Positions 39,745-50,804 are shown, counted from the stretch's first letter. The stretch: 64,000 nt of DNA from Candidatus Marinacidobacterales bacterium (GCA_965226495.1 OZ245365.1:2656001-2720000), one strand, 5' to 3'. A program made the numbers and translations. Notes: a model not told the origin generated them from the sequence alone.

Positions 39745-42606
39745 ATGGAGTTGCCAACTCGCTTCGATTTCCGGGCCGTAGAGCCTCGCATTTACAAGCT
39801 CTGGCTCGACCGCAATTGTTTCGATAGCGCCTACGATCCGTCAGGCCAGCCGCGCGAAAAAGCGCCAACGGACAAGCCGAAGTTCGTCATGGTCATTCCA
39901 CCGCCTAACGTGACCGGCCGGCTCCATATGGGGCATGCTCTCAACAACACCCTTCAAGACACCTTGATCCGCTACAAACGCATGGACGGCTTTGACGCTT
40001 TATGGGTCCCTGGTACCGACCATGCCGGAATCTCTACCCAAACCGTGGTGCGCAAGCAGCTCGATGCCCAAGGAATAGATTATCGTGAATTGGGTCGTGA
40101 GAAATTCATCGAGAAGGTCTGGGAGTGGAAGGCAAAATACGGAGATTTCATCATCGAGCAGCTCCAGAAGATGGGCTGCTCTTGTGACTGGCGACGCACG
40201 CGCTTCACGATGGACGAGGGGCTCTCCCGAGCGGTGCGCGTGACCTTCAAAACCCTCTTCGACCGAGGCCTCATCTATCGAGGCAAGCGCATTGTGAATT
40301 GGTGCCCGGTGGATCAGACGGCGCTTTCCGATGACGAGGTCTCTGTTTCGGACGAGGGCGAGCCCGGGCATCTTTGGCACATCCGTTATCCACTGGTGGA
40401 ACCAACCAACGGCATGAGTCACCTGGTTATTGCCACGACTCGTCCCGAAACGCTCTTCGGAGACGTCGCGGTCGCGGTGAACCCGAAGGACGAGCGTTAC
40501 AAGAAAGTCGTCGGCAAAGAGGTACGCCTGCCTCTCCAAGGCCGGGTTATTCCCGTGATCGCCGACGAGTACGTCGACATGGAGTTCGGAACGGGGGCCC
40601 TCAAGATCACTCCGGCGCACGATACCAACGACTTCGAGGTCGGGGCCAGGCACGGACTCGAGCCCATCAACGTCATGAACGAGGATGCCACACTCAACGA
40701 GGCGGTCCCGTCCGAGTTTCAGGGTATGGATCGCTTCTTGGCCCGTAAGAAAGCGGTCGCCGCGCTAGAAGAGCAAGAGCTTATCGAAAAGGTCGAAGAT
40801 CGCTTGGTCCCTCTCGGCCGCGCCCAACGCTCGGGCGCTCCCATCGAGTATCGACTCTCGGATCAATGGTTCGTTCGGATGAAACCTCTGGCCGAGAAAG
40901 CTCTCGCTGCAAGCGGTTACCGGAAGAAGGGCGACGAGTGGGTGAAGGCAGAGCCCGGGGAGCTACTTTTCCACCCCGAGCGTTGGGAGAACGTGTACCT
41001 GCAATGGCTCACCCGCATCCATGATTGGACCATCAGTCGACAAATCTGGTGGGGACATCGCATTCCTGCCTGGTACAACCGCAAGACCGACGAAATTCGC
41101 GTTGAGGTCGAAGAGCCCAAAGAAGTCGCGGAGGCCCCCAACGATTGGTATCAGGATCCGGACGTGCTCGATACCTGGTTCAGCTCCTGGCTGTGGCCCA
41201 TGAGCACACTAGGATGGCCCGAAGCGACCGCCGATTTCGCGCGGTACTTTCCCACCGCCGTTCTATCCACCGCAAAGGACATCATCTTTTTCTGGGTGGC
41301 GCGCATGAACTTCGCTGGGCTCGAGCTTGCCGGTAAGCTGCCCTATCGCCATGTGAACATCCATCCCACGGTCCTCGATGACCAGGGTGCGGTAATGAGC
41401 AAGAGCAAGGGCAATGGGATCGACCCCCTTGCCGTGATCGAAGGGGCAACATCCGAGGACCTCAAGGCCCCCATCTTCGAGGCGCGCCCACCGAATATCG
41501 ACAAGCTGGTGGCGAGGGTCGAGAAGAACTTTCCCAACGGTTTCGAAGGCGTTGGGGCGGATGCCCTGCGTTATACGTTCATTTACTCTTGTTCAGACGG
41601 ACAAGAGACTCGTCTTTCGCTCGAGAAGTTCAACGAGCAGGGCCGCCGTTTTGTCACCAAGCTTTGGAACGCCAGCCGCTTCGTCCTAATGTCCCTCGAC
41701 AGTGTGCCGGCGTCGGCGGGCGAGGCCCTGACCGCAGAACCTACTGAAGAGGACCAATGGATCTTCTCCCGTCGTGCCTCGACGGTGCGAGCGGTTCGCG
41801 ACGCTTTGGACAATTTCGAGTTCGGCTCCTTGGGTCAACAGCTCTATCGATTCGTCTGGAACGACTATTGCGATTGGTTTCTGGAGCTCTCCAAGGGCCG
41901 CCTCCAAGGCGAGGACCCGGCGGCGGCCCGAAGAGCGGCCCACGTTTTGGGTCAAACGCTCGCTGACATCCTGAGGCTCCTCCATCCCATCACCCCGTTC
42001 ATCACCGAAGAGCTGTGGTCGAAGTTGCTGTCTGCGATGGACGAAAAGGAATTGTGGTTGGGTGAGCGACCGGCCTCCGAGCTTCTCATTCAAGAGCCGT
42101 TTCCGAAGGGAGGCGCTGCACCGGAAGTAGATCTGGAGGGACGATTCGAGACCCTGCAGCGTCTCGTCACGCGGGTTCGAAACGTTCGGGCCAACGCTCG
42201 TTTGGGCGACGGCGTTCGCTTGGCCATCCAGGTGAAACCGCTGAACGAGGACTTTCGACGAATCGTCGAGGCCACCTCAGGGGCAGTGAAGCGCCTCGCC
42301 AACCTCGAATCGATAGAGCTCGTCGAGGAGAGGCCTCCCGGGGCGGTCACCAATGTGGATCCGGCATTCGAAATGTACGTCGACTTGGGAAAACACGTCG
42401 ATGCAACGAAAGAAGTCGCGCGCATCGACAAGGAGATGGCGACCGTCCAGAAGAAGCTCGATCAAGTCTCACGGAAGCTAGAGAATCCCAAGTTCCTCGC
42501 CGGCGCCCCCTCGAATGTCGTTGAGGGAGAGAAGACCAAGGCTCAAGAGTTGAAGGAGATGTTGGTCAAGCTCGAGAAGCTCCGCGACGAGTATGTTTCG
42601 GAGTGA
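39745..42606 (+). CDS. valS: Valine--tRNA ligase
   Basis: PPPNVTGRLHMGH, TTRPET, SRQIWWGHRIP, DVLDTWFSS, MSKS, C-terminal coiled arm. Confidence 0.97.
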   Translation: MELPTRFDFRAVEPRIYKLWLDRNCFDSAYDPSGQPREKAPTDKPKFVMVIPPPNVTGRLHMGHALNNTLQDTLIRYKRMDGFDALWVPGTDHAGISTQTVVRKQLDAQGIDYRELGREKFIEKVWEWKAKYGDFIIEQLQKMGCSCDWRRTRFTMDEGLSRAVRVTFKTLFDRGLIYRGKRIVNWCPVDQTALSDDEVSVSDEGEPGHLWHIRYPLVEPTNGMSHLVIATTRPETLFGDVAVAVNPKDERYKKVVGKEVRLPLQGRVIPVIADEYVDMEFGTGALKITPAHDTNDFEVGARHGLEPINVMNEDATLNEAVPSEFQGMDRFLARKKAVAALEEQELIEKVEDRLVPLGRAQRSGAPIEYRLSDQWFVRMKPLAEKALAASGYRKKGDEWVKAEPGELLFHPERWENVYLQWLTRIHDWTISRQIWWGHRIPAWYNRKTDEIRVEVEEPKEVAEAPNDWYQDPDVLDTWFSSWLWPMSTLGWPEATADFARYFPTAVLSTAKDIIFFWVARMNFAGLELAGKLPYRHVNIHPTVLDDQGAVMSKSKGNGIDPLAVIEGATSEDLKAPIFEARPPNIDKLVARVEKNFPNGFEGVGADALRYTFIYSCSDGQETRLSLEKFNEQGRRFVTKLWNASRFVLMSLDSVPASAGEALTAEPTEEDQWIFSRRASTVRAVRDALDNFEFGSLGQQLYRFVWNDYCDWFLELSKGRLQGEDPAAARRAAHVLGQTLADILRLLHPITPFITEELWSKLLSAMDEKELWLGERPASELLIQEPFPKGGAAPEVDLEGRFETLQRLVTRVRNVRANARLGDGVRLAIQVKPLNEDFRRIVEATSGAVKRLANLESIELVEERPPGAVTNVDPAFEMYVDLGKHVDATKEVARIDKEMATVQKKLDQVSRKLENPKFLAGAPSNVVEGEKTKAQELKEMLVKLEKLRDEYVSE

Positions 42607-45600
42607 CTAAGCGAGAGAGAGATAAAGCGTCGCTGCCTGCCCCTCCATCTCGACCTCACGCTTGTGCGCCTCATTCAGCCAATCTCCGTCGTTGACGAGC
42701 TCGACACACAGGGTCTCCCCCATCAAGTGCTCTCGGCGTTTCTCGACGATCTCGTTGAGGCGCTCGGAACCCTGAATCCCGAGGCGGATGCGCTGCGTGT
42801 ACTCGAGCTCTAGCTCTTTGCGGAAGTTCTGAATGCGGCTCAAGAGCTCGCGATAGATCCCCTCTTCGATCAACTCGGGCGTGAACTCGGTACTCAGGAC
42901 GACCACCGACGTCAGATCCCCGGCGGCGGCATAGCCTTCCTTGGCCTCGACCACAACTTCTACGTCTTCGAGCTCCAAAGACAGCATGTCGCCAGCGACC
43001 TCGATGTCGGCGCTGCCTTTCTCGAGGAGCGATTTGCGCAAAGCTGCGCCGTCGGCCTTGGCAAGGGCCTTCTTGAGAAGCGGCATGGTCTTCCCGAGCT
43101 TCGGACCCAAGCGGCGAAAGTTGGGCTTGATGCCGTAGCGAACGTGCTCCTCGGCACCGGGAACGAAGTCGACCTCCATGACGTTCAGCTCCTCGGCGAT
43201 GAGCTCGCGGTACTTCCCGATACGCTCTTCTATATCGGGATGGGAGAGAATGATTTCCGCCCGGGCGAGCGGCTGCCGCACCTTGAGCTTGTGGTTGGTG
43301 CGGACCCGAAGGCCGATGGATACGATATCGCGCACCGTCGCCATCTCTTCGCTCAAAGCCCGGTTGATCCGAGTCGTATCCGCCTTGGGGTAGTCCTCTA
43401 GGTGGACACTTGCCCGAACGTCTTCTCCCCCCGGCCCCTTGACCAAGTTCTGATATATCTCCTCGGTCATGAAGGGAACGAATGGAGCCGCTAGCCTGGC
43501 CACCGTGCCTAGGGCCTCGTAAAGTGTCGCATAGGCGTCGACCTTGTCCTCGTCCATTCCGGACTTCCAAAATCGTTGACGACTCCGCCTCAGGTACCAA
43601 TTCGAGAGACCATCGACAAAGTTGGAGAGCTCCCTCGCCGCCTCGTAGGCCCGGTAGCTATCCATGCGCCCGATCACTTCCTCGGTGAGGAGAGCTAACT
43701 CCGAAAGGATCCAGCGATCCAAAAGAGCCCGTTCCGCGATGGGACGCCCCTTCATCGCCAGCGGATCGAACTCGTCGATGGCGGCGTAGATCGTGAAGAA
43801 CGAATAAACGTTCCGGAGCTTCAGCGGGAACTCCTTCTGAAGCGATCTCACGTTGCTAAGCGAGTGCCGGGTGGGGTTCCACGGTGGATTGGCACCTAGA
43901 AAAAACCAACGGAAGGCATCCGCGCCCGGGGCGGGCGTCTTCGCGTCTTCGAGTACGAGCCTCTCGTTCTCGGGAAGGCGGGTGACCTCGGACGGAGGCA
44001 CCTTGGCGCCCCTCTCGGTCGACGTGACACCTAATGCAGCGCGATCCGCCTCCGACAAAAGGACGAGCCTGCGCGGTAGCCCCTTCGCGGCGTCGACGAG
44101 AAGCTCACGCGCATCGCCTTCTTTCCCGACCGGGTAGACCTTGATAGCCGCGCCCGGCGACAGATCGAGGCCCTGCAGGTCCTCTCGCGCGACCAACACC
44201 GTCCCCTCTTTCGGTTTGGCGTCGACTTGGTCCTGACTCACAACGGCGAACTCCATCGCCACGCGGTCCAGGATCACGTCCGGCGGGGTGTAGTTGCCCT
44301 TCGACTTCGACTCTTTCTTTCCAGTGGGGTCGGTCACGTGACCGAGCACGATGCAGACCCGATACGGATGTGGATAGTCGGTCGCCTCTAGCTTCAGACG
44401 CTTCGTCGTCTCTTTGTCGAAGACCAACGTCGAGATCATCAGGAGTGAATAGAACCAACCGCGGGTCTGGTCGATCGCTTCGGTAATGAAATCCGCCGGA
44501 AAGCTGCGCTCGAATTCTTCCCTGCCTTGGTGTGGGAATCCCCATTGCGCGAAGGGCATGCTCCCGGAATCGAACCAGCCGTCGATGACCTCCGGAACTC
44601 TGCGATAAACGCCGGCCTCACCCGGCTCCGTCCAAGTAACGTGATCGATCCACGGCTTGTGGACGATGAGGTGCTCGGAAAGAGTGGGATCTTTCGCCCG
44701 CGCTTTTTCGAAGGCCTCGAACGCCGATGGATTTTTCCCTAGTATTTCCGCAATCGACGATGGCGCCGCCATCTTCCCGGTCTGGTCGTTGATCCAGATA
44801 TTGAGTGGTGTTCCCCAGTAACGCTCCCTCGAAAGGGCCCAGTCGACATTGTTCGCCAAGAAATCCCCGAAGCGACCTTCCTTGATGTGCTCGGGGAGCC
44901 ATTCGACAGTGCGGTTGTTACGGATGGCATCGTCAATCCGGGCGGTGGTTCTGATGAACCACGCCGGCCGGGCGTACTGGATAAGTGGGTCTTCGTCGGC
45001 CCGCCAGCAAAAGGGGTAGTCGTGGCGATAATTCTCGCGATGAAGGAGAGTGCCGCGTTCCTTCAAAAACCGAACTATCTCAGAATCGGCATCCTTGACC
45101 CACTTGCCTTCGAGAATCGGGATTTCCTCGCTGAAGGTTCCGTCGGGGCGAACCGCACAAAATAACGGCACGGCATCTGGATCCTTGTACGTCGCGATAG
45201 TGGCGCGATGAAGCTCATGGTCTACTTCACCAAAGGCTGGTGCCTCGTGCACGAGGCCGGTCCCTTGGTCGAGCTCTACGAAGTCGGCCGCCAAAACTTT
45301 CCAGAACATAGGTGCCCTACCGCCGTCCTTGAGCTCGACCTCTTTGTCGCCGTGATTACGGTAGTAATCATCAAACGGGGGTTTGTAGCGCCGCCCTACC
45401 AGCTCCTTGCCGGTGAGCTCACGCTCGACGGGAAGCTCCTCACCGATCTTGCCCGCGACCGTCTCTCGCAATGCTGCCGCCACGATCAGCTTGCGACCGC
45501 CCTGTCGCACGACGACATAGTCGACCTCCGGTTTCACGGCAGCGTACATGTTGGACGGAAGCGTCCAGGGAGTCGTCGTCCAAACGAGAAGAGACGTATC

Positions 45601-46248
45601 GGGCTCGTCGAGTAACGGGAAGGCCACGTAGACCGAAGGGTCGTCGACCGGCTTGTATCCCAATCCAACTTCCGCCGAGGAGAGTGCGGTGCCTCCTTGC
45701 GCCCACCACCAGACGACCTTGTGCCCTTGATACAGCAGATCTCTCTTGAAAAGCTCCGAGAGCGCCCACCAAACACTTTCAACGTAGGTGCGGTGGTAGG
45801 TGACGTAGGCATCGGGAAGATCGACCCAAAAGCCGATCCTCTCGGTCATCCGCTCCCAATCTTGCGTGTAACGGAACACCGAGTCGATGCAGCGAGATAT
45901 AAACGCTTCGACACCGTATTCTTCGATCGCGGCTTTGCCGTGGATGCCGAGCTCTTTTTCTACTTCCACCTCGACGGGTAGACCGTGGGTGTCCCAACCC
46001 CCCTTGCGCGGCACCAAGAACCCCCGCATGGTGCGATAACGCAGAAAAACGTCCTTCGAAACTCGCGTCAGCACGTGCCCATTGTGCGGTACGCCGTTTG
46101 CGGTGGGCGGTCCCTCGTAAAAGACAAAGGGTTTGGCGTCCCGACGCAGCTCGAGACTCTTCTTGAAGATCTCGTTTTCGCGCCAGAAATCCCCGATCTT
46201 CCCCTCGACTTCGGGGAAATTCACGATGGGATCGGCTTTTTCGAACAT
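42607..46248 (-). CDS. ileS: Isoleucine--tRNA ligase (type 2) with variant motifs and an insertion
   Basis: EGPPTANG, GWDTHGLPVE, WTTTPWTLPSN, SRERYWGTP, DQTRGWFYSL; HNGH and KESKS. Confidence 0.96.
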   Translation of the reverse strand: MFEKADPIVNFPEVEGKIGDFWRENEIFKKSLELRRDAKPFVFYEGPPTANGVPHNGHVLTRVSKDVFLRYRTMRGFLVPRKGGWDTHGLPVEVEVEKELGIHGKAAIEEYGVEAFISRCIDSVFRYTQDWERMTERIGFWVDLPDAYVTYHRTYVESVWWALSELFKRDLLYQGHKVVWWWAQGGTALSSAEVGLGYKPVDDPSVYVAFPLLDEPDTSLLVWTTTPWTLPSNMYAAVKPEVDYVVVRQGGRKLIVAAALRETVAGKIGEELPVERELTGKELVGRRYKPPFDDYYRNHGDKEVELKDGGRAPMFWKVLAADFVELDQGTGLVHEAPAFGEVDHELHRATIATYKDPDAVPLFCAVRPDGTFSEEIPILEGKWVKDADSEIVRFLKERGTLLHRENYRHDYPFCWRADEDPLIQYARPAWFIRTTARIDDAIRNNRTVEWLPEHIKEGRFGDFLANNVDWALSRERYWGTPLNIWINDQTGKMAAPSSIAEILGKNPSAFEAFEKARAKDPTLSEHLIVHKPWIDHVTWTEPGEAGVYRRVPEVIDGWFDSGSMPFAQWGFPHQGREEFERSFPADFITEAIDQTRGWFYSLLMISTLVFDKETTKRLKLEATDYPHPYRVCIVLGHVTDPTGKKESKSKGNYTPPDVILDRVAMEFAVVSQDQVDAKPKEGTVLVAREDLQGLDLSPGAAIKVYPVGKEGDARELLVDAAKGLPRRLVLLSEADRAALGVTSTERGAKVPPSEVTRLPENERLVLEDAKTPAPGADAFRWFFLGANPPWNPTRHSLSNVRSLQKEFPLKLRNVYSFFTIYAAIDEFDPLAMKGRPIAERALLDRWILSELALLTEEVIGRMDSYRAYEAARELSNFVDGLSNWYLRRSRQRFWKSGMDEDKVDAYATLYEALGTVARLAAPFVPFMTEEIYQNLVKGPGGEDVRASVHLEDYPKADTTRINRALSEEMATVRDIVSIGLRVRTNHKLKVRQPLARAEIILSHPDIEERIGKYRELIAEELNVMEVDFVPGAEEHVRYGIKPNFRRLGPKLGKTMPLLKKALAKADGAALRKSLLEKGSADIEVAGDMLSLELEDVEVVVEAKEGYAAAGDLTSVVVLSTEFTPELIEEGIYRELLSRIQNFRKELELEYTQRIRLGIQGSERLNEIVEKRREHLMGETLCVELVNDGDWLNEAHKREVEMEGQAATLYLSLA

Positions 46249-46357
46249 AGTAACGCGTTAGTTTACCCTAACTTGTGGCAGGAGTGCGTGGCGACACTAG
46301 AACTAGAGACAAGGAGCATCGCAACTCAGTCCGGACCTGGCTGCAAAACCTCAGTGT

Positions 46358-46702
46358 CTAGGTGTCCAACAGGCGGCCCGCTTCGCGGTGACCGCAGATC
46401 GGACACGCTGTTTTGAAGCGAGTTGCACCCAGCACAACGCTCAACTCCTCTCCGCATTCAGAGCAGTTGGCGGGAACCCCTCGTCGAACGTGGTCCGGCG
46501 TCACGGCGAGCCAGCGGCTCTCGAATACGCTAATCACGAACATGAGCGCCCAGAACGCCAGCGCCAACAGCGAGTGTCAAGAGGATGATCAGGCCGACCG
46601 CCGCCGCGGCAGACCAGCCAACGAGTGTCAAGAGGATGTGCAACCCCCGACGATTAGATAGCCGAAATGAAGGGTGAATCTTTCTTCGTGTTGGCCGTTC
46701 AA
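46358..46702 (-). pseudogene. Frameshifted membrane/zinc-ribbon protein
   Basis: AAGGAGG RBS; TM segments in changing frames; CSEC...CPICG; internal duplication of CATCCTCTTGACACTCG. Confidence 0.4.
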
Positions 46703-46852
46703 CTCTCGACCTCCTTCATTCCATTATAGGGTCGCGTCAACGCGCCCCAACCACCTATCTGGACAACTTCATTTCTTCAGAGAATCCTCAGAATTCGCCG
46801 CCAACATAGCGGTTAGATTCAGGAGCGGTAGGCCAACGTGGAAAGGACAACA

Positions 46853-47483
46853 ATGGGAACATGCAACCTACTTCAAAGATGGCTCCTCATAATGGGCTTT
46901 CTCTCGCTGTCTTCCGTCTTGCTACCCGCGGCGACTGCCGAGGCGCAAGAAGAAGGGCTCGAACGCGGCAGCCAGCTCATCACTAAGCAACGGGGAGAAC
47001 AAAGACACCAAGGAGTTCGAAAGCGATTGGGCTTTCGGGGGAAGCTACCAGTACTACTTCACCCCCAACTTGAGCGTAGAAGCCAGCGTCACCTTCGCCA
47101 CCGGTGACGCCGAGATCGGCGATGATCTGGAAGACAGCGACGACCAAGGGGATGATGAGAACGGTGAGACCGAGGGTGAAGAAGCTGGAGAAATAAGCGG
47201 TGACGCGCTCTATTTCACCGGCGGCATCGTCTATAACTTCCGTCCTAAAGGCAGGTTCAAGCCGTACGTGACCGGGGGGGCGGGCCTGGTCAGAATCAAC
47301 CTCGACGGAAATAACGAGTCGCGTCCCGCGGGCATATTCGGCGGCGGCTTCATGCTCAACGTGTCACAATCGCTGCTGGTACGTGTCGACGCCCGGGACC
47401 ACCTTTACACCGTGGACCAGGGGGGAGGCTCGACGACACGCAACGATTTGTCTTTGACGGGCGGTGTATCCGTCAAGTTCTAG
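46853..47483 (+). pseudogene. Outer membrane beta-barrel protein, frameshifted
   Basis: Signal peptide in one frame; barrel (FKPYVTGGAG, RVDARD, terminal F) in another. Confidence 0.7.
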
Positions 47484-47812
47484 GCAGCGCTCCCGAGGCT
47501 TCTAAGGGTTTTGGCTCGCCTCGTCGTCATGTGATAGCATTCCCGCCCAGTGCGCTTCGAAAGCAGGGTTTGGGACACTCTCCCCGGCGGTCTGCCGGGG
47601 CCGTGCTGGCATGGCTTCTGCGTCGAAACCACGGTCGCACGAAACTCCTCCTCGCCCTCAACAGTCAACCAGAGGGCAGAATGAGTGTGCTCCTCATGCC
47701 GAACCATTCCCTTGTCGAAAACCGCGCGGTGGGCTGTTAAGATATTACTTTGGGGAGGTCATATGATTTTTTGGACCACACGGGAACGCGAGCCCAGAGT
47801 AAAGGCGAGCTA

Positions 47813-48862
47813 ATGTCGAAGACTGCATCGCTCCAAGAGGCCCAAGCGGTAACCGAAGGTAAGGAGGACACCGTCGGCGACTCGTTTCGGGAGCTCCGAA
47901 ACCTTCTACGCCAACGCAAATGTTTCGAACGCACGCCGGCCGTGTACTTTGTCCTGACTGTCTTGTCGGTCGGCACTTTTGTCGCCGCGTATTACTCGTC
48001 ACTTGCGTCGGCCGGTCTAGTCACACTGATCGCGTCCCTCGCGCTGGCCAGCGCGTGCGGCGTTCAGCTGGCGTATATCGCTCATGACGCCGGCCATGGC
48101 CATATCTCCCGACACGGCTTCGTCAACAAACTCGTGGGGCACATTGCTCTAACGATTACATCCGGTTACGCATTCTCCAGCTGGACTCGCACTCATGACC
48201 AACATCACAGACGCCCGAATGTCGTGGCCCTCGATCCCGATGTCGACACCAAGTGGGTGGTCCTCCATGACTGGGCTCGACCGAAGACGCGGTTGCAGAG
48301 ACTGACGACGCGCCTCCAACATTGGATACTCGTTCCCTACTACACGGTGCATTTGTTCGAGCTCCGACTCCGCGGATTGAAGGACGTTCTGGCATTGCGG
48401 CTTCGTGCAGACGCGCTAGGGCTGGTGCTGCACGTCGTTGGATTTTTGGTTCTGCCGGCGCTCGCGTTTCCTCTTCACAGAGTTCTAGTCTGCTACGTCG
48501 CCCTGTCGGCTGGCAGCGGACTCTACTACGGTCTCATTTTCGCCGTGAACCACATCGGAGCGACGTACCTCCGCTCACACAAGGAAGTTGACTTCGTACG
48601 GCTGCAGGTGCTGAGCAGTCGTAACGTTCTGACGGGTCGATTTGGCGACTTCGTGATGGGAGGCCTCAACTGGCAAATCGAGCACCACTTGTTGCCCCGC
48701 CTTCCGCGCTTTCGGTTACGTAGCGCCAGCGAGTCGATACGGGAATTCTGCGCCCGCCAAGCGCTGCATTACGAGTCAGCCCCCTTCTCCGAGGCGCTGG
48801 GCGCGGTGTTCCGGCATCTCCAGAGACTCTCGCGCGGAGGGGAACAGGCAGGCGACACGTAG
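47813..48862 (+). CDS. Membrane fatty acid desaturase
   Basis: His boxes HDAGH, HDQHH, QIEHH. Confidence 0.9.
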   Translation: MSKTASLQEAQAVTEGKEDTVGDSFRELRNLLRQRKCFERTPAVYFVLTVLSVGTFVAAYYSSLASAGLVTLIASLALASACGVQLAYIAHDAGHGHISRHGFVNKLVGHIALTITSGYAFSSWTRTHDQHHRRPNVVALDPDVDTKWVVLHDWARPKTRLQRLTTRLQHWILVPYYTVHLFELRLRGLKDVLALRLRADALGLVLHVVGFLVLPALAFPLHRVLVCYVALSAGSGLYYGLIFAVNHIGATYLRSHKEVDFVRLQVLSSRNVLTGRFGDFVMGGLNWQIEHHLLPRLPRFRLRSASESIREFCARQALHYESAPFSEALGAVFRHLQRLSRGGEQAGDT

Positions 48863-48979
48863 GCTCGGCCGCACGGCCTGTCCGCGAGTTCTTGACGCAT
48901 ATTGTTACTTTTGGTTACTCGGTCCAGACCCTAGTTGCGCGGCTGGCTCACGTCCAGTCTCGACTGGGGGCGGAAGAAG

Positions 48980-48996
48980 TGGCGTCCCCAAGGGGA
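48980..48996 (-). repeat. att-like copy of the tRNA-Glu 3' end
   Basis: TGGCGTCCCCAAGGGGA, 16/17 identical to 61321-61337. Confidence 0.7.
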
Positions 48997-49033
48997 AATT
49001 CCCAGAAGTACACGCGGATTGGCGGAGGCCAGC

Positions 49034-50119
49034 TTAGTGCCGGGAGTCAATGAGATGGCTAGCCACAGGCCGAAAAGTCAACGAGTAGACCGGCCCGGGC
49101 TCGCGTGCGAGGCTGCCTGATCGCCGGTACCTCTCCATCGTTTCTTTGCCGTAGTCAATCTCAGCTTGGTACCCGTTGTGTGCGGGACACATCATCTGGA
49201 CATTTGTGGGGCTATGGTCACCGTCGCGGGCATAGGGCTGGCGATGGTGAAACTCCAGTCCATGGCGTTCGCGACAGCGTCTACCTCGTGCGTCCACGAA
49301 GGTGCACTGATTTCCGTCCCGCTCGGCAACCGCGCGTCTCACGGGGGCCGGGATATAACGTGACGACGGTGACGTATCGGTCTCTTCGACGCTCTTCCTG
49401 GGGGCTTTCGACTTCCCAAAGCGCCGCGACTCCAGTCGTTCGAGCTTTTCGGTCACCGCCTCTTCTATGATCGCCCCCAGGTCGCCGTCGGGAACCGAGC
49501 CTCGCATGAGCCCGCGCAGTCGCTCGATCTTGTCCTTCAGCTCCGCGCTGGCTGTGAATTGGATTTTGTAGCGAGAAGGCGCTAACGGCTCAACCGGCCT
49601 CAGCCCTTCGGGCTTCGACGACACAACTTGGTCCGGACCTAGTTGAGGTGCCGACGGCCGTTTTGTTTTTGCCCGGGGTACGGGTAGCTTGCGCATCGTC
49701 GTGGGAACGTCCGGCTTGGGTGAGAGCTCGGCCACGAGCTCCTCGATTTCCCGCTTCGACTTGTGTACTGCACGGGCTAGCAAGGTCTCTCGATTGGCCT
49801 CCGTGAGCAGCGGCGCGATCTTCGCGATACTGCTCAAGTGAAGGCGCCCGTCCTCCAGCATCACTAGAAGGACCGGATGCCTTCGCGACGCACGCGCCAC
49901 CGCAATCCGCAGATAGGCTTCCCACTCTGACAGATGCAGGACGTCCGTACAGTACGCGAACATCGACGAGCAAGCTTCACGTGCGTAGAGGCGCCGCTCG
50001 TCTACCTCGGCAATGTGTGCGACCAACTCCGACTCGACGCGTCGCGATTCTTGCACCAGCCCCGATAGGCGGCGAAGTAGATCATCATCCGAAATCGATT
50101 TCAATAACTGCTTAAACAT
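49034..50119 (-). CDS. DUF222-like/HNH endonuclease protein
   Basis: N-terminal LVAHIAEVDERRLY...SSMFAYC; C-terminal RDGNQC..C..LEFHH..G..N..CPAHN. Confidence 0.85.
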   Translation of the reverse strand: MFKQLLKSISDDDLLRRLSGLVQESRRVESELVAHIAEVDERRLYAREACSSMFAYCTDVLHLSEWEAYLRIAVARASRRHPVLLVMLEDGRLHLSSIAKIAPLLTEANRETLLARAVHKSKREIEELVAELSPKPDVPTTMRKLPVPRAKTKRPSAPQLGPDQVVSSKPEGLRPVEPLAPSRYKIQFTASAELKDKIERLRGLMRGSVPDGDLGAIIEEAVTEKLERLESRRFGKSKAPRKSVEETDTSPSSRYIPAPVRRAVAERDGNQCTFVDARGRRCRERHGLEFHHRQPYARDGDHSPTNVQMMCPAHNGYQAEIDYGKETMERYRRSGSLAREPGPVYSLTFRPVASHLIDSRH

Positions 50120-50804
50120 TCCTCGTCCCTCCACAGCACTAATATAGCAACGCACTTTTTTTGGCCTTGAGACGACGTGAGTCGGGAGGAACGCGCTTCG
50201 ACGCCGTTTTTGTCTCGAAGCTTGTACGCGTTGACTAGAGCGTCAACGTCAACTAGAGAGATGGCACCGCGAAAACATCAGAGAAGCTAGCAAAACTTGT
50301 TGTGGGATCTTGTCAAGAGAAAATTATTTTTTTTTCTTGGAGGGACATTGGGGGACATCGTTCAGTCGGTGGGGCAGCTCGCAACCACGAGGAGCCCTCC
50401 CCTATCCGCCCGGGCCGTCGGCGCGCCGGTAGCTATCGAGAGCCTCGAGCCCAACGTGCCACTCTGCGCGATGCGCCGCTTTGGCCTTCCCTGCACCACC
50501 GCGACGTCATGCGTCGCGGGCTACCATTCTTGGTGGATCTCGGGTACCGTAGCGGCGAGGTGGCGCAGGTGGCGCATGCTCGGAAAGAGCTTGTCAGAGT
50601 ATTTGAAATTTCAGAACTGGGTCCTCGTGGTCGAGGTCATACCGCAGCACACGTGAGGAAGTCACGACTAGCGGTCCGACCAGGCCGACCCAGATCCCGC
50701 GTAGTCCGCAACGCCAACGAACAAAAATGCCGGTCACTCGAGTGCTAGTTTCTCCGATCACTACCCGTCCCCACGAGACGCAATAGAGACCATCAGTAGT
50801 CGTC

